Part shown: piece by piece, positions 1-9,305 of the stretch
Numbering within the stretch: the stretch's first letter is position 1
Layout of the letters: each line of letters opens with the position of its first letter
IMG/VR virus record: IMGVR_UViG_3300049172_000034
Coordinates: 1-26,233 of that record
Reading direction: 5' to 3' (one strand)
DNA from: a virus
Lineage: Duplodnaviria; Caudoviricetes
Length of the DNA: 26,233 bases
The notes under the pieces: model-generated
Told to the model about the DNA's origin: nothing
What the model saw: the letters and a program-made list of their open reading frames with translations, nothing else
The model's database searches: none
Program-made: the position numbers and the translations under genes

Positions 1-131
1 GTCCCGCCGCAACTTCGCTCCAGGGAGCCGCCCAGCACGAAGATGCCCGCCAACGCGCGTGAGACGGGCGGCACCAGGCCGATTGCGCCGGAGATGAAGT
101 CGGCGCCGTTGACTTTCTGCAGGGTGGCCAT
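1..131 (-). CDS. Partial CDS (N-terminus MATLQKVNGADFISGAIGLVPPVSRALAGIFVLGG...), probable tail-appendage-associated protein
   Basis: ATG at 131-129 follows GAGGA (TGAGGACGAACC-ATG) just after the stop of the esterase gene. The frame stays open to the window edge. Not in the ORF track. Confidence 0.7.
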   Translation of the reverse strand, partial: MATLQKVNGADFISGAIGLVPPVSRALAGIFVLGGSLERSCGG

Positions 132-140
132 GGTTCGTCC

Positions 141-2861
141 TCAGCCGGCGGTGATGGGGATGGAGAAGGCGACGCACCAATTGTGCAGGGGGTAGGGCTT
201 GCCCACGAGCGCCGGGATGTTGGCCTCGGGCACCTGCCCGCTACCGGCGGTGTACTCGTAGAGTTCGGACGCGACGGTCGGGTCGCTGTCGCGAAGGCAG
301 CCGTTGCCCTGGTGGAGCGTATTGTCGGCGTAGCGGAGCTTGATGCCGGCGCCCGGCACGCGGTTCAGCGTCAGCTTGACGACGGTGTCGGCGACGATCT
401 CGGCCGCGAGCACCGGGATAGCGCCGCCGTCATCCAGCGCACTGAAGCCGCGGGAGACCGGGAAGTCCGTCGCCGCGTTCATGATGTAGGGCAGGTCCCA
501 GACCAGCGGCGGGTGCGGGACGTGAAAGTCCACCATCACCTCACGGCCGCGCACCGTGGCAGTCAGCGGGCAGGTCGGACGCCAGCGGCGACCGTCCACA
601 AGCACCCGCGTCATCGCCTTGCCGAACTGCTGCCCGAGCCAGCGATAGCCGTTTGCGTCGAGGTGCCCGCCCGCGTCGGTGACGGGGTAGACGGGGGCGG
701 CCAGGTACCAGCCCGGCTCTTCCTCGCTCAGTTCCCACTGCGCCTGACCGATGGCCAGGTCGAAGGTATCAACCGTGAACTGCGCGCCGGTCTGGTAGGT
801 GAAGAACGGCGCCAGGCGGGACTGTCCCACGATGCCTGTCTCGACATCGGAGCGCAGGTCGGCCCGGTACTGCTTCAGCTTGGCCTTATAGCCGGCCTTG
901 GTCGCATCCGAGGCGCCTGAGAGGCCGCCGGCCGTGGAACCCTGATAGTTCGCCTCTCCCTGGGCAAAGAGATAGGCGCCGATGCCGTAGTCGCCACCGG
1001 CCGCGGTCGCGAGCCCCTTGGCCAGCGTGGTCAGGCTGCGGACCCGATTGAACTTCTCCGGGGTCCACCCCTTGCTGATCTCCTCCAGCGCATTGCCGGA
1101 GGACCCGTTCGCCGAGGCGATGAACCGGTGGGCAGCGTCTTCCTGCACCCCCCGCGCGTCGTTCCAACTCCGCCGCAGGAAGGAGAGCGCCCCCTCGAGG
1201 ATCGTCTCGCCGCGGTTGCTGTTGCCGCCCGCGACGGAGAGGGTGGCCTGACCGGCGGGGTCCACCAGGGCCGTGGTGCTGTTCTTGCTCGGGACCGTCG
1301 CGACCAGCGGGGTTAGAACCGCCTCGCCACGCGGGATCCAGTCGGTCGTCTCCTCATCCGTCGGATGGACCGAGGGGCCGATCATCAGCAGCCCGGGATA
1401 GCGATTGGCCCGCGTCAGGGATGGGAAGCCCTGGTAGCCCACAGCCAGGGACTGCCCGAGGCTGATGAAGTGGCTGAAGGCAGCGAGCGGGCGCGCGACG
1501 GCGTCCTCGCGTTGCCGGGCCGTGGCAGCGGCGACGGACAGGTTCTTGTTGTTGCGGGTCGCGATCTCGGCCGCCGTCCAGGTTGCGATGTTTACGCCGG
1601 GCGGCTTGGCGAGCCCCTGCCCCATGGAGACGCCCAGCGCGCTGGTCGCGAAGCCCACGAAACCCAGCTCGTCCGCGAAGATCTGGGCGAAGTCCGAATG
1701 GGTGATGTTGATGGCCGGCACCGTGCCGGCGAAGGTCGGGGCGCCGCCATAGGGTGCCTGCACCAGCGTGGCGCCGTCCGGTCCCAGGATGGTCGCCACC
1801 CCATCCACCAGCGTCAGCCGGAAGCCGCCGGCCTGCACACTGGCATCTGCATTCACCCTGAGGGAGACGAAGCCGTCCGGGTCCGTGACACCCCAGGCGC
1901 CCGTGCCGCCGGTGACGAAGGACTGCCCCGGCACCCTGATGGACCCATCGGGCAGCAGGTCCAGCACCGTCGCGCCGTCCGGGCGCGAGAGGCGGGAGGT
2001 GCCGTCCGGCAGCAGCGACACAGCCGCGCCGAGGGTGCGAAAGGTGAGCCCGTCCTTGGAGAGAGAGCCGGCGATGAAGCCCATCTCGTCCACGAAGACG
2101 AGGCCCTGATCCGTGATGTCGGTGCGGACCTCTCCGGTCTTGATCGTGCCGGCGGCATTGGCTGCCGAGATCGCGGCGGCTTCCTTGGCTTCCTGCGCCT
2201 GGTTGCGGGCATCGACAGCCTCAGCAGCCTTTGTGTCGGCCAGCTGCGCGTTCCCCGCCACCTCCCCCGCCTGGGTAGCGACGGTCGCGGCGGCGGCGGT
2301 GACCTGTTCGACAGCGGGGGCGACGGTCGCGAGGGCGGCGTCGATCACAGCGTTGCCCGGCAGCCGCACGCTGTTCCCGTCGGCGTCGACGCCCGGAATG
2401 GTGTCGCTGGCCTCAAGGGTGGCCTTGGCCGGGAACTGCGGGATCGTGGCGCCAGCCAGGTGGGTGCCCCGCGTGGAGACCGCGGCCACCCCCACCGCGC
2501 TCAGCCAGATCGACTGCTGCGGGATGGAGCCCACCGGCGGCTCCGGCACGACCGTGACCTCGGTCCATTCCAGGGGCTGCCCGTCGCCGCCGTCAGCCCG
2601 CACCGCCCAGAGGCCCGTCGTCGGCACCTGGTACTCGCAGTTGTAGGCGCCCACCTTCCCGGCGACAGCGACGCCCGGCAGTTCCAGCACCACATTGCTC
2701 GGCGACTTCCAGAGGAACACCACCGGCCCCGGCGGCTCAACAGGCTTGCGCGCCTCGTCGCGGAACTGGACCCGGACGACCAGGGTGTCCCCGATCCAGA
2801 CGCGCGGACGCAGCACATCAGCGTCGGGCAGCAGCCCGAGGTCGGCCGAAACAACGGTCAT
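141..2861 (-). CDS. Large tail appendage/tailspike protein with C-terminal SGNH (SASA/NanS-like) carbohydrate esterase domain
   Basis: Motifs LGQSLAVG (block I Ser), FAQGEAN (block III) and TDAGGHL (catalytic His). The N-terminus is beta-rich and Ig/BppU-like, followed by an Ala-rich helical stalk. It lies after the fibre genes. ATG 2861 follows GAGG; the ORF track uses GTG 2867. Confidence 0.8.
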   Translation of the reverse strand: MTVVSADLGLLPDADVLRPRVWIGDTLVVRVQFRDEARKPVEPPGPVVFLWKSPSNVVLELPGVAVAGKVGAYNCEYQVPTTGLWAVRADGGDGQPLEWTEVTVVPEPPVGSIPQQSIWLSAVGVAAVSTRGTHLAGATIPQFPAKATLEASDTIPGVDADGNSVRLPGNAVIDAALATVAPAVEQVTAAAATVATQAGEVAGNAQLADTKAAEAVDARNQAQEAKEAAAISAANAAGTIKTGEVRTDITDQGLVFVDEMGFIAGSLSKDGLTFRTLGAAVSLLPDGTSRLSRPDGATVLDLLPDGSIRVPGQSFVTGGTGAWGVTDPDGFVSLRVNADASVQAGGFRLTLVDGVATILGPDGATLVQAPYGGAPTFAGTVPAINITHSDFAQIFADELGFVGFATSALGVSMGQGLAKPPGVNIATWTAAEIATRNNKNLSVAAATARQREDAVARPLAAFSHFISLGQSLAVGYQGFPSLTRANRYPGLLMIGPSVHPTDEETTDWIPRGEAVLTPLVATVPSKNSTTALVDPAGQATLSVAGGNSNRGETILEGALSFLRRSWNDARGVQEDAAHRFIASANGSSGNALEEISKGWTPEKFNRVRSLTTLAKGLATAAGGDYGIGAYLFAQGEANYQGSTAGGLSGASDATKAGYKAKLKQYRADLRSDVETGIVGQSRLAPFFTYQTGAQFTVDTFDLAIGQAQWELSEEEPGWYLAAPVYPVTDAGGHLDANGYRWLGQQFGKAMTRVLVDGRRWRPTCPLTATVRGREVMVDFHVPHPPLVWDLPYIMNAATDFPVSRGFSALDDGGAIPVLAAEIVADTVVKLTLNRVPGAGIKLRYADNTLHQGNGCLRDSDPTVASELYEYTAGSGQVPEANIPALVGKPYPLHNWCVAFSIPITAG

Positions 2862-2882
2862 GAGCACCTCGCATGCGGGAGC

Positions 2883-2907
2883 GCCGCGCAGCCCGGAGGC
2901 GCGCGGT
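2883..2907 (-). other. GC-rich intergenic stem-loop upstream of the esterase gene
   Basis: Minus strand CCGCGC-GCC-TCCG-GGC-T-GCGCGG, a 9-bp stem with one bulge and a C(UCCG)G tetraloop. No U-tract. Confidence 0.45.
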
Positions 2908-2937
2908 TGTCAGGCGGACGGATTGGGGGGGGAGCGG

Positions 2938-3378
2938 CTAGAGCGCCGCGCCAGCCTTGAAGAGATCGTTCAGCTTCGCCGCCGTCAGGGGCACCTTCGC
3001 TGCAAGGGTGGCAACGAGCGGACTGCCTCGCTCGATGGTCGCGGCGTGCTGCCACTCGATCTGCGCCGAGCGATCAGCTGCAGCAACTACAGCCTCGACC
3101 TTGTCCAGCAAATCGGCCTGGAGCAGAGCAAGCCGGGCCTGCCGGGCAGTGATGGAGGTTGGCACGGGCGGAGGCCCAGAAGCTGGCGCTGGCGCATCCA
3201 CCAGCTCGCCGTCCCGCCAGACCTTCCGCTGGCTCGCCTGTGACCATTCGGCCCAGACCTCATCGGAGATCGGAATAGCATCCGCCGGGATCGTCGGATT
3301 GAAGCCAGCGGCATAGAAAGCCAGCGCGCGACCCTCGCCGTCGACGACGACGTATTTCCGTCCAAGTTCGTCGGTCAT
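2938..3378 (-). CDS. Putative tail fibre assembly/chaperone protein (146 aa)
   Basis: True start is probably ATG 3378 (MTDELGRKY...), 2 nt after the fibre stop. Contains FY...IPADAIPISDEVW and VPTSITARQARLAL...IEW, typical of proteins following gp53-like fibres. Confidence 0.7.
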   Translation of the reverse strand: MTDELGRKYVVVDGEGRALAFYAAGFNPTIPADAIPISDEVWAEWSQASQRKVWRDGELVDAPAPASGPPPVPTSITARQARLALLQADLLDKVEAVVAAADRSAQIEWQHAATIERGSPLVATLAAKVPLTAAKLNDLFKAGAAL

Positions 3379-3380
3379 AT

Positions 3381-4352
3381 TCAGTGCCCCAAAGCGATCC
3401 AGAAGAATGCCGCGCTGCCGAATGTCACCGCCCCTGCCGTAACGACAGCAGAGCTGATGATCGTCCCGGCCTGCGTCTTGAGGTTGCATCCAAAGACCCG
3501 GCAGGACCCCGGTCCCCATCCATCGGCAGAGGCCTCCATGGCCAGCACGATGTGGCACGCATTGGGGAAGGTGAGCGGGAAGGCGAAGTTCACGTTCCCG
3601 CCCACCTCTGTCGAATTGTTTCCCCACTGTACGATCAATCCACCGGGCAGGCGCATGTAGCCGTTGGCGCCGAGGAGGCCGGTGCCGCCGAACATGGCGC
3701 GGAGATCCGGCAATGCGGCCACCTTCTGCCTCAGCGACGCGTTCGCCACGATGTTCCCCGAGGTGATGCTGGTGGCGCCATTCGCTACGGTCACCCGCGC
3801 CAGTTCAACATACCCAGCATCTGGCGTCGGCGCCGTCTCGGAGCCGGTAGCAGCTGCGGTGCCGGCCTTGAGCGACACTACCGCCTGCACAGCCCGCCGG
3901 GTGTTCTGCGGCGTCCCGCTATTGTTGGGGCCGCTCCACGCTGTAGTCGGGTCCGCTGCGTTGTAATAGGGCAGCACCCCCGGATCGGTGTCCACAACCT
4001 GACAGGCGGCCTGCACCACATAGACCCGCGACTGTCCAACGGTACCCGGTGGCGTAATGGCAAGCGTCACCGCGTCCCGCAGCAGCCCCTGCTGCATAAC
4101 CGTGCGCGTGTCAGTGCCGAGCGTGCTGTAGGCCGTCGCGTCCAGGCTCAGGGGCGCATAGATAGCCCCCGGCTGGACGATGACATTTAGGGCGGCCGGC
4201 GAGTTAGGACCGACGGTCATCCCCTCGACGGTGACGGCAGATCCCATCACGGACTGTGCCAGCCAGCCGACCGCTTCCACAGCATAGCGCTGTGGGGCAA
4301 GCACGTCCGTCTCCTGCGGGATCGCCGCTGGATATACGATCTTCCGATCCAT
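3381..4352 (-). CDS. Tail fibre protein with C-terminal gp53-like domain (323 aa)
   Basis: N-terminus MDRKIVYP...QQG...YYNAADP baseplate-attachment region. C-terminus GYMRLPGGLIVQWG...FPLTFPNAC...FWIALGH. Follows the baseplate genes. Confidence 0.8.
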   Translation of the reverse strand: MDRKIVYPAAIPQETDVLAPQRYAVEAVGWLAQSVMGSAVTVEGMTVGPNSPAALNVIVQPGAIYAPLSLDATAYSTLGTDTRTVMQQGLLRDAVTLAITPPGTVGQSRVYVVQAACQVVDTDPGVLPYYNAADPTTAWSGPNNSGTPQNTRRAVQAVVSLKAGTAAATGSETAPTPDAGYVELARVTVANGATSITSGNIVANASLRQKVAALPDLRAMFGGTGLLGANGYMRLPGGLIVQWGNNSTEVGGNVNFAFPLTFPNACHIVLAMEASADGWGPGSCRVFGCNLKTQAGTIISSAVVTAGAVTFGSAAFFWIALGH

Positions 4353-4375
4353 AGAACCCCCTTCGGGTCAGCAGG

Positions 4376-5047
4376 TCAGGCCTGGATCCGTACCCAGACC
4401 GTCACGCCCTCGGGCTTGTTCGCCACGATGGCTTCAAGAATGTCGTCGTCGGTAATGGCGTCCGCGGCCTGCTCAGTGCTGAGATAGGCCGACCGCCCCT
4501 TGCCGTAGCCCCCGGCGGGAACACCCCAGCCGGCGATGAGCGGAGCACCGGTGGTCAAGTCGCGGAATACGTCGATGAACACGTCGCCGGGCGCCTGCAG
4601 GCTGCCGTATGCCCCCGCTACGCCGTAGCCCATGACGGGCACGCCCCACCCACCTACGTCCTGCGGGAGAGCGGGCTCGATGATCCGCGGTTCGCGCCCC
4701 GTGAGGTCCAGCAGCAGCTGCCGCATGGCCGGCCGGGTCGCGCGCGGGCGCAGTACCTCGGCCTTAATGCGTGTGCGGAACGCCGTGTCCGACTGCCCTT
4801 CGCGGCGGCGAAGGCGCCCCCCGAGAAAGTCCAGGGCCACCAGTTCCAGCCAGCCGCCGGTCGCTGTCGTAAGGCGCGTCTGGGCCCGGGTGAAGGCGAT
4901 CATGCCAAGCAGCCATGCGGTGATGGCCGCCGGCATGGCGAGCAGCGCCCGCAGCACTGGTGCGTCGCCCAGAGCCGGCGGAAACCAGCCGGACGGCAGC
5001 ACGGAATGGGCGCGTTGAGCGGCGTCCTCCTCAGCCTCGGACGCCAT
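4376..5047 (-). CDS. Baseplate wedge protein (P2 gpI/Mu gp48 position)
   Basis: Immediately after the gpJ-like gene with a TGATG overlap. Motifs TRLTTATGGWLE..A.DF and SD.AFR.RI. Confidence 0.7.
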   Translation of the reverse strand: MASEAEEDAAQRAHSVLPSGWFPPALGDAPVLRALLAMPAAITAWLLGMIAFTRAQTRLTTATGGWLELVALDFLGGRLRRREGQSDTAFRTRIKAEVLRPRATRPAMRQLLLDLTGREPRIIEPALPQDVGGWGVPVMGYGVAGAYGSLQAPGDVFIDVFRDLTTGAPLIAGWGVPAGGYGKGRSAYLSTEQAADAITDDDILEAIVANKPEGVTVWVRIQA

Positions 5048-6174
5048 CAGGCAACGGCCACGGTGCCGGCGATGACCCGCTGGCGCTGGGAGGGTACGAG
5101 GTCAGCCGTTCCGCCGTTCAGGGTGACTGCAGACACATTCGTCACGGCTGGACTAGCTGCGTAGGCAATCTGCGCCAGCCGCGTGAAAGGCAGGGTCTCA
5201 CCGATGTCGAGGTTTCCCAGATAGGTCCCGATCGCCGCGGCCGCGGCAGCAACCGCCGCCGCATGATTGGCCCCGGCCGCCGTCGCGAGGGACATCGAGA
5301 CGTCAGCACCGAGCGTCTCAGCCGCTACCACCTCAAAGCTGATGCCGAGGCCGCGCACCGGATCGACGGCGGCATAGACGAGGTTCAGGAAGGAGATGGG
5401 CGGGCTACCCGAGCCGTCGTCGACCACCACCACGAAGTGCGCCTGGCGCGGCGCGCCGGCTGCGTCCTCGCCCTCGATCTTGCGCCAGAGAATGCCCGCC
5501 TGAACCTGCGAGATGGCGAAGTCGATGGCGCCGCTGGTCGCCTTGGAAAGTGACGCAAGATACAGCGGGAACTGCGCCTGCAAGGCCGCATCGCTCTGGG
5601 CCGCCACACCGCCGGTCATGGCAGAGGCGTTGTTCACGGTGTCGACGCCCGAAATCGGGGTTGCCAGCAGGGTCACCGTGCCGGGATCGACGTTGCCCGC
5701 CGGGCCCGTCGTTACGGCCTGCACCGGTACGTTCAGGCTCCCGACCAAGGCGCCTATCCAGTACCCCCCTGCCCCGGCGTCGTAGGCCGCGTTGGCAGGG
5801 TCTGCCGTGACGGCGAAGGTGACGGAGCCATCTGCCGTCCGCACCAGCGCGCCCACCGGGGCGAAAGCGGCCGCACCGGTCACGAAGCGGGAAAGCGTCA
5901 CCTCGCCGGCTGCGGGTCGAGCCTGGGTGCGGCTGAGGCCGAAATCCTCCACGAAGGAGTCCACGTCCTCGCCGACGGAGGTCCGCAGCCGGGTCATGCC
6001 CAGCACCTTCAGCACCTGCGCCTGTAGCCAGAGACCGAGAGCGGCAAACCCTTCCGCCAGTGCCCGCAGGATGGACCCTGGCGTGTAGTTGAGCGCCCGA
6101 CCGGCCGAAGCCTGAGCCGCCGCAGCCTGGTCCGCGAGAAGCCGCGGAAGGCCCTTGAGGTCGAGTGTGGCCAT
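5047..6174 (-). CDS. Baseplate J/gp47 family protein
   Basis: GSILRALAE, DFGLSR..A.G.V, G..GNV, N....TGG...QSD..L motifs. 375 aa, expected position. Confidence 0.9.
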   Translation of the reverse strand: MATLDLKGLPRLLADQAAAAQASAGRALNYTPGSILRALAEGFAALGLWLQAQVLKVLGMTRLRTSVGEDVDSFVEDFGLSRTQARPAAGEVTLSRFVTGAAAFAPVGALVRTADGSVTFAVTADPANAAYDAGAGGYWIGALVGSLNVPVQAVTTGPAGNVDPGTVTLLATPISGVDTVNNASAMTGGVAAQSDAALQAQFPLYLASLSKATSGAIDFAISQVQAGILWRKIEGEDAAGAPRQAHFVVVVDDGSGSPPISFLNLVYAAVDPVRGLGISFEVVAAETLGADVSMSLATAAGANHAAAVAAAAAAIGTYLGNLDIGETLPFTRLAQIAYAASPAVTNVSAVTLNGGTADLVPSQRQRVIAGTVAVA

Positions 6175-6183
6175 GGGTGCCGA

Positions 6184-6549
6184 TCAGTCCCGCATCGTGA
6201 AGCCGATGGCCACGGGAGCCCCCGTGTCGGCGTCCTGGTAGGTGATGTTCAGCACGACGGCTCCGAGCGCATCGCCCTTGGCCGAGACCTGCGGTAGCGG
6301 ATCCGCCGAGACCACCCGCTCGAGCAGCATCTGCCGGCGTGAAGTGGCCTCGGCCCGCTCCGCCCCATTCGGCTCGCCTACCAGCAAGGGCAAGCCCGCG
6401 CCGTAGTCGGGCACCCAGATATAGCTGCCCTCAGCAGTCAGAAGCCGCCGCAGAACGCGCTGCCTGCCTGCTTCGCTGCCCTCGACCGCGCGCAGGTCGC
6501 CGGTCGCGGACCATTCAAGGTCCCCGCCCCAATCGTGCCAGGCATCCAT
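6184..6549 (-). CDS. Baseplate wedge/sheath initiator (gpW/gp25/gp46-like)
   Basis: 121 aa, QRVLRRLLT..G.Y.W.PDYGAGL, between the spike and gpJ genes. Confidence 0.8.
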   Translation of the reverse strand: MDAWHDWGGDLEWSATGDLRAVEGSEAGRQRVLRRLLTAEGSYIWVPDYGAGLPLLVGEPNGAERAEATSRRQMLLERVVSADPLPQVSAKGDALGAVVLNITYQDADTGAPVAIGFTMRD

Positions 6550-6552
6550 GGT

Positions 6553-7182
6553 TCAGCCCGCCTTGACCGTGCTTGTCATGCTGTCGGCCCCCATCTGCTC
6601 GTTGGGGATGCCTGTAGTGCCGTTCGGAGCCGGATGCGTGTGGGTGTTGAATACCCCTCGCGCTACATCGGTGAGCAGACCGCGCACTGTCTGGCCGGCA
6701 GCGCCCAGCAGGATCTCGGGCGCTGTGACAGACGCCACGGCCGCACTGACGATCGAGGCCAGGGTGTCTGCATCCAAGCGCAACTGCACGGCATGGAAGT
6801 CCACAGTGCCGTCAGCATTGAGCTGCAGCCGCGCCCCGTTCTCGCTCGTCAGCCAGATGGCTCCGGCGGGCGTGGCCGGAGGTGGCTGCTTGCGGCTGTA
6901 GAGCGCCCCCAGGACGACACCAGCCTCGGCTGAGCCCTCCTGGAAGCCTACTACCACTTGGGCGCCGATGGCGGGCAGCGCGTGCAAACCCCATCCGGCG
7001 CCGACAGAGAGCGCCATCACTGGCAGCCAACCAGTCAGCGCTCCTTCCGGCTGCATCTTTACCCGCACGGCGTGGGCGGCAGGGTCCACTCCATCAACGA
7101 CCCCAAAGCGGGTCTGGGAGACATGCCCCATGACGCGCTCGGCCTCGCCGCGGATCTGGTTTAGCAGGGCCTGCCCTTGCAT
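6553..7182 (-). CDS. Baseplate spike protein (gpV/gp45-like)
   Basis: OB-fold-like N-terminus (TGWLP...P.IGAQVVVGF.EG), beta-rich middle, and C-terminal HTH (His-x-His) metal-binding tip motif FNTHTH. Confidence 0.85.
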   Translation of the reverse strand: MQGQALLNQIRGEAERVMGHVSQTRFGVVDGVDPAAHAVRVKMQPEGALTGWLPVMALSVGAGWGLHALPAIGAQVVVGFQEGSAEAGVVLGALYSRKQPPPATPAGAIWLTSENGARLQLNADGTVDFHAVQLRLDADTLASIVSAAVASVTAPEILLGAAGQTVRGLLTDVARGVFNTHTHPAPNGTTGIPNEQMGADSMTSTVKAG

Positions 7183-8342
7183 TAGAGCGACGCCGTGCTG
7201 ACAGGAGCGAGGTTACGGGCCCGGAGGCGCATGGTGAAGCCCTCCGCTGGTCCGATGAACCACTGGATGCTGTCGATGAAGTATGCCTGGTCGAACTCGG
7301 TTCCCGTGCCGCTCAGCACCAGCAGGTGGCGTTGCGTCAGCCTCATATCCGCCGGGAGCCGGTCTACTTCGGCCATGCGCTCATGGCGGCTGAACTCTTC
7401 CAGCTTGCGCTGGGCTTCCTCGATGGCCTGCTGCTGCGTCAGGCCGGGCTTGCGGATCACGTAGCGCTGCGCCGGAGCCTCGGAGCGAGGCTTGCCGCGG
7501 CGACTGCGGTCAGCCCGCCGCACCGCACGGACAGGGCTCGCCTCCCGCGAGTTCCAGGAGATCACCTCGACCACGATATCCCGGGCCACAGTAAGGTTCC
7601 GCCTGAGGCTGAAGCGGGGTGCAGGCGAAGTCGCAATCGGCGCGCCCTCTTTCGGGCGGCTGTAAGCCAGGTTCCACCGGGGCGCGGTGCTCGGGTTAAC
7701 GGAGGGCTCGAAGTGCAGCTCGCGGCCCTTCACGTAGACGTCGAAGCCTTCCATCTCGGCCAGATAGGTCAGCAGGTTCCACTCGGTGGTGTCGTCTGTC
7801 AGCCGGGCGTGCTCGCGCTCGTAGTAGGTGCCGCTGCGGGTCCGTGTGGCCGTGACCACCGGGGTCAGTCCATGCCGGGTGGCAATCTCCGTCGCGATTT
7901 CCGAGCTAGTTCGATTGGGCCACTTCTCGGTGGTCTTGGTCTCGATCAAGTCCGCAGTGCGATCCCGACCAGCCAGGCGGATCTCGCGGCGGTCGTAGTC
8001 GATCTCCACGTCATCTACGCGCCCCTGGATCAGGGATGTGGTCGGCGTCGGATCGCCAGCCAGGATTTCCACCTCAAGTTCCTCGCTGTCGGTGAAGAAC
8101 GAGGGCGGGTACTTGGCGCTTAGGCTCTCATCCATAACCAGCGTGACCGCAAAGCTGTCGGCCGAGAGGTAGCGGTTATTTTCCCACCGAGCGTCCTCCA
8201 GCAGGTCATCCATCCGGCGGCCATTCACCAGCACCGTGGCGCGCGGCGCGCGAACGGCGGGTGCCGGCATGGGCTCCAGGGCGGCGGTCTTGGAATATCC
8301 AGCATCCGCGGCGACAGCCCCTTTCGGCACTGTTTCAGACAC
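7182..8342 (-). CDS. Baseplate hub protein (P2 gpD/Mu gp44-like)
   Basis: ADSF.V.L, G.VD.V, L.GRD.TADLI, W.LL.YLA..EGF motifs. 386 aa, upstream of the spike. Confidence 0.85.
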   Translation of the reverse strand: MSETVPKGAVAADAGYSKTAALEPMPAPAVRAPRATVLVNGRRMDDLLEDARWENNRYLSADSFAVTLVMDESLSAKYPPSFFTDSEELEVEILAGDPTPTTSLIQGRVDDVEIDYDRREIRLAGRDRTADLIETKTTEKWPNRTSSEIATEIATRHGLTPVVTATRTRSGTYYEREHARLTDDTTEWNLLTYLAEMEGFDVYVKGRELHFEPSVNPSTAPRWNLAYSRPKEGAPIATSPAPRFSLRRNLTVARDIVVEVISWNSREASPVRAVRRADRSRRGKPRSEAPAQRYVIRKPGLTQQQAIEEAQRKLEEFSRHERMAEVDRLPADMRLTQRHLLVLSGTGTEFDQAYFIDSIQWFIGPAEGFTMRLRARNLAPVSTASL

Positions 8343-8538
8343 CGCCGAGGATGCCCCCGTTGCTCTCGCGGCCCCCGGCGCGCGGGATGGACAGAGTGAC
8401 GATGCCGCTCACCCACGGGTCGGTCAGCCCATTGGCGGCAGCAATGCGGGTCCAAAGGGTCGCGTCGCCATAGGCTTGAGCCGCCATGGCAAAGAGGTTC
8501 CCCCCACCCACGGTGATAGTGGAGCCGGCGGCGATCAC
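8335..8538 (-). CDS. Small LysM-like tail protein (P2 gpX-like)
   Basis: 67 aa, GGNLF.MAA..YGDA..W.RIA.ANGL.DP, a LysM-like pattern. Confidence 0.8.
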   Translation of the reverse strand: MIAAGSTITVGGGNLFAMAAQAYGDATLWTRIAAANGLTDPWVSGIVTLSIPRAGGRESNGGILGGV

Positions 8539-9305
8539 AGGGACACGCTCCCGAGGTTCAGGCGCATCCGCCCCAGCAGCGCCGAGACGCCGGCAGAGCG
8601 GTAGGCGGTCTCCGCAGTCTCAATGACACTCTGGACCGCGCCCGCCCCGCCGGTCTCGACGTCACTGGACAGCGCACCCGACATCCCGTCCGTAGGCAGT
8701 GCGGACATGGCAGCGTCTCGGACGTCGATGCTCTGCGCGAAGGCGTCCGCCGTGCCTGACTGTAGGCCGGAGAGCGCAGCCCCGCCGAGGGTCGACAGGT
8801 TGAAACCTCCCCCGCTGGCCACGGACATCACGGCACTCTGGGCGCCCGTCACGATGCCGGTCAGGATTGGACTGTCGGCGGCGAGCCCAAGCGCGTCGGA
8901 CAGGTCGCCCATGATGGAGTCTTCAATCCGGTCCAGCAGCGCGCCGGCCTTCTCGGCCACCAAGTCCTGCACAACCAGGCAGGAGATGCTGTAGGGGATC
9001 TCGTTGAAGGCCTCATAGGAGGCGTCGAACCGCTCGATCACCACCCGATAAACAAAGGCGCCCCAGGTCAGGATGTGCGGCCTGCCTGCCCGACGCATCA
9101 GGTCGAGTTGACGCGCCCTCAGCGTTGCGAGCGTGCCGCGGAACCGCCCTCTCCAGACGATGGAATCATCGTCGGGCCCCATCGCGTCCACGACGCGCTT
9201 GCCGCCCATCAGGCGGTGCACGTTTAGCCGTTGCCGGCCACCGAATGGGATCTGCTCTGGGGCCTCGAAGCCCTGGAAGGCGACCGTACCCAGCACGAGC
9301 GGCAT
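8535..9305 (-). CDS. Tail tube initiator-type protein (P2 gpU-like N-terminus), 256 aa
   Basis: True start is probably ATG 9305 (MPLVLGTVAFQGFEAPE), a TGATG overlap with the TMP stop. FGG.Q.L.VH.L.GG.R.VDAMG motif. Position after TMP. Confidence 0.75.
   Translation of the reverse strand: MPLVLGTVAFQGFEAPEQIPFGGRQRLNVHRLMGGKRVVDAMGPDDDSIVWRGRFRGTLATLRARQLDLMRRAGRPHILTWGAFVYRVVIERFDASYEAFNEIPYSISCLVVQDLVAEKAGALLDRIEDSIMGDLSDALGLAADSPILTGIVTGAQSAVMSVASGGGFNLSTLGGAALSGLQSGTADAFAQSIDVRDAAMSALPTDGMSGALSSDVETGGAGAVQSVIETAETAYRSAGVSALLGRMRLNLGSVSL

Noticed and set aside
1365-2960. 531-aa plus-strand ORF
   Set aside because: Antisense shadow of the esterase gene. Its Arg/Gly/His-rich composition is typical of stop-poor reverse frames in high-GC DNA.
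2938-4352. Diversity-generating retroelement or invertible tail-fibre cassette
   Set aside because: No reverse transcriptase, invertase, duplicated template repeat or inverted fibre copy is visible in the window.
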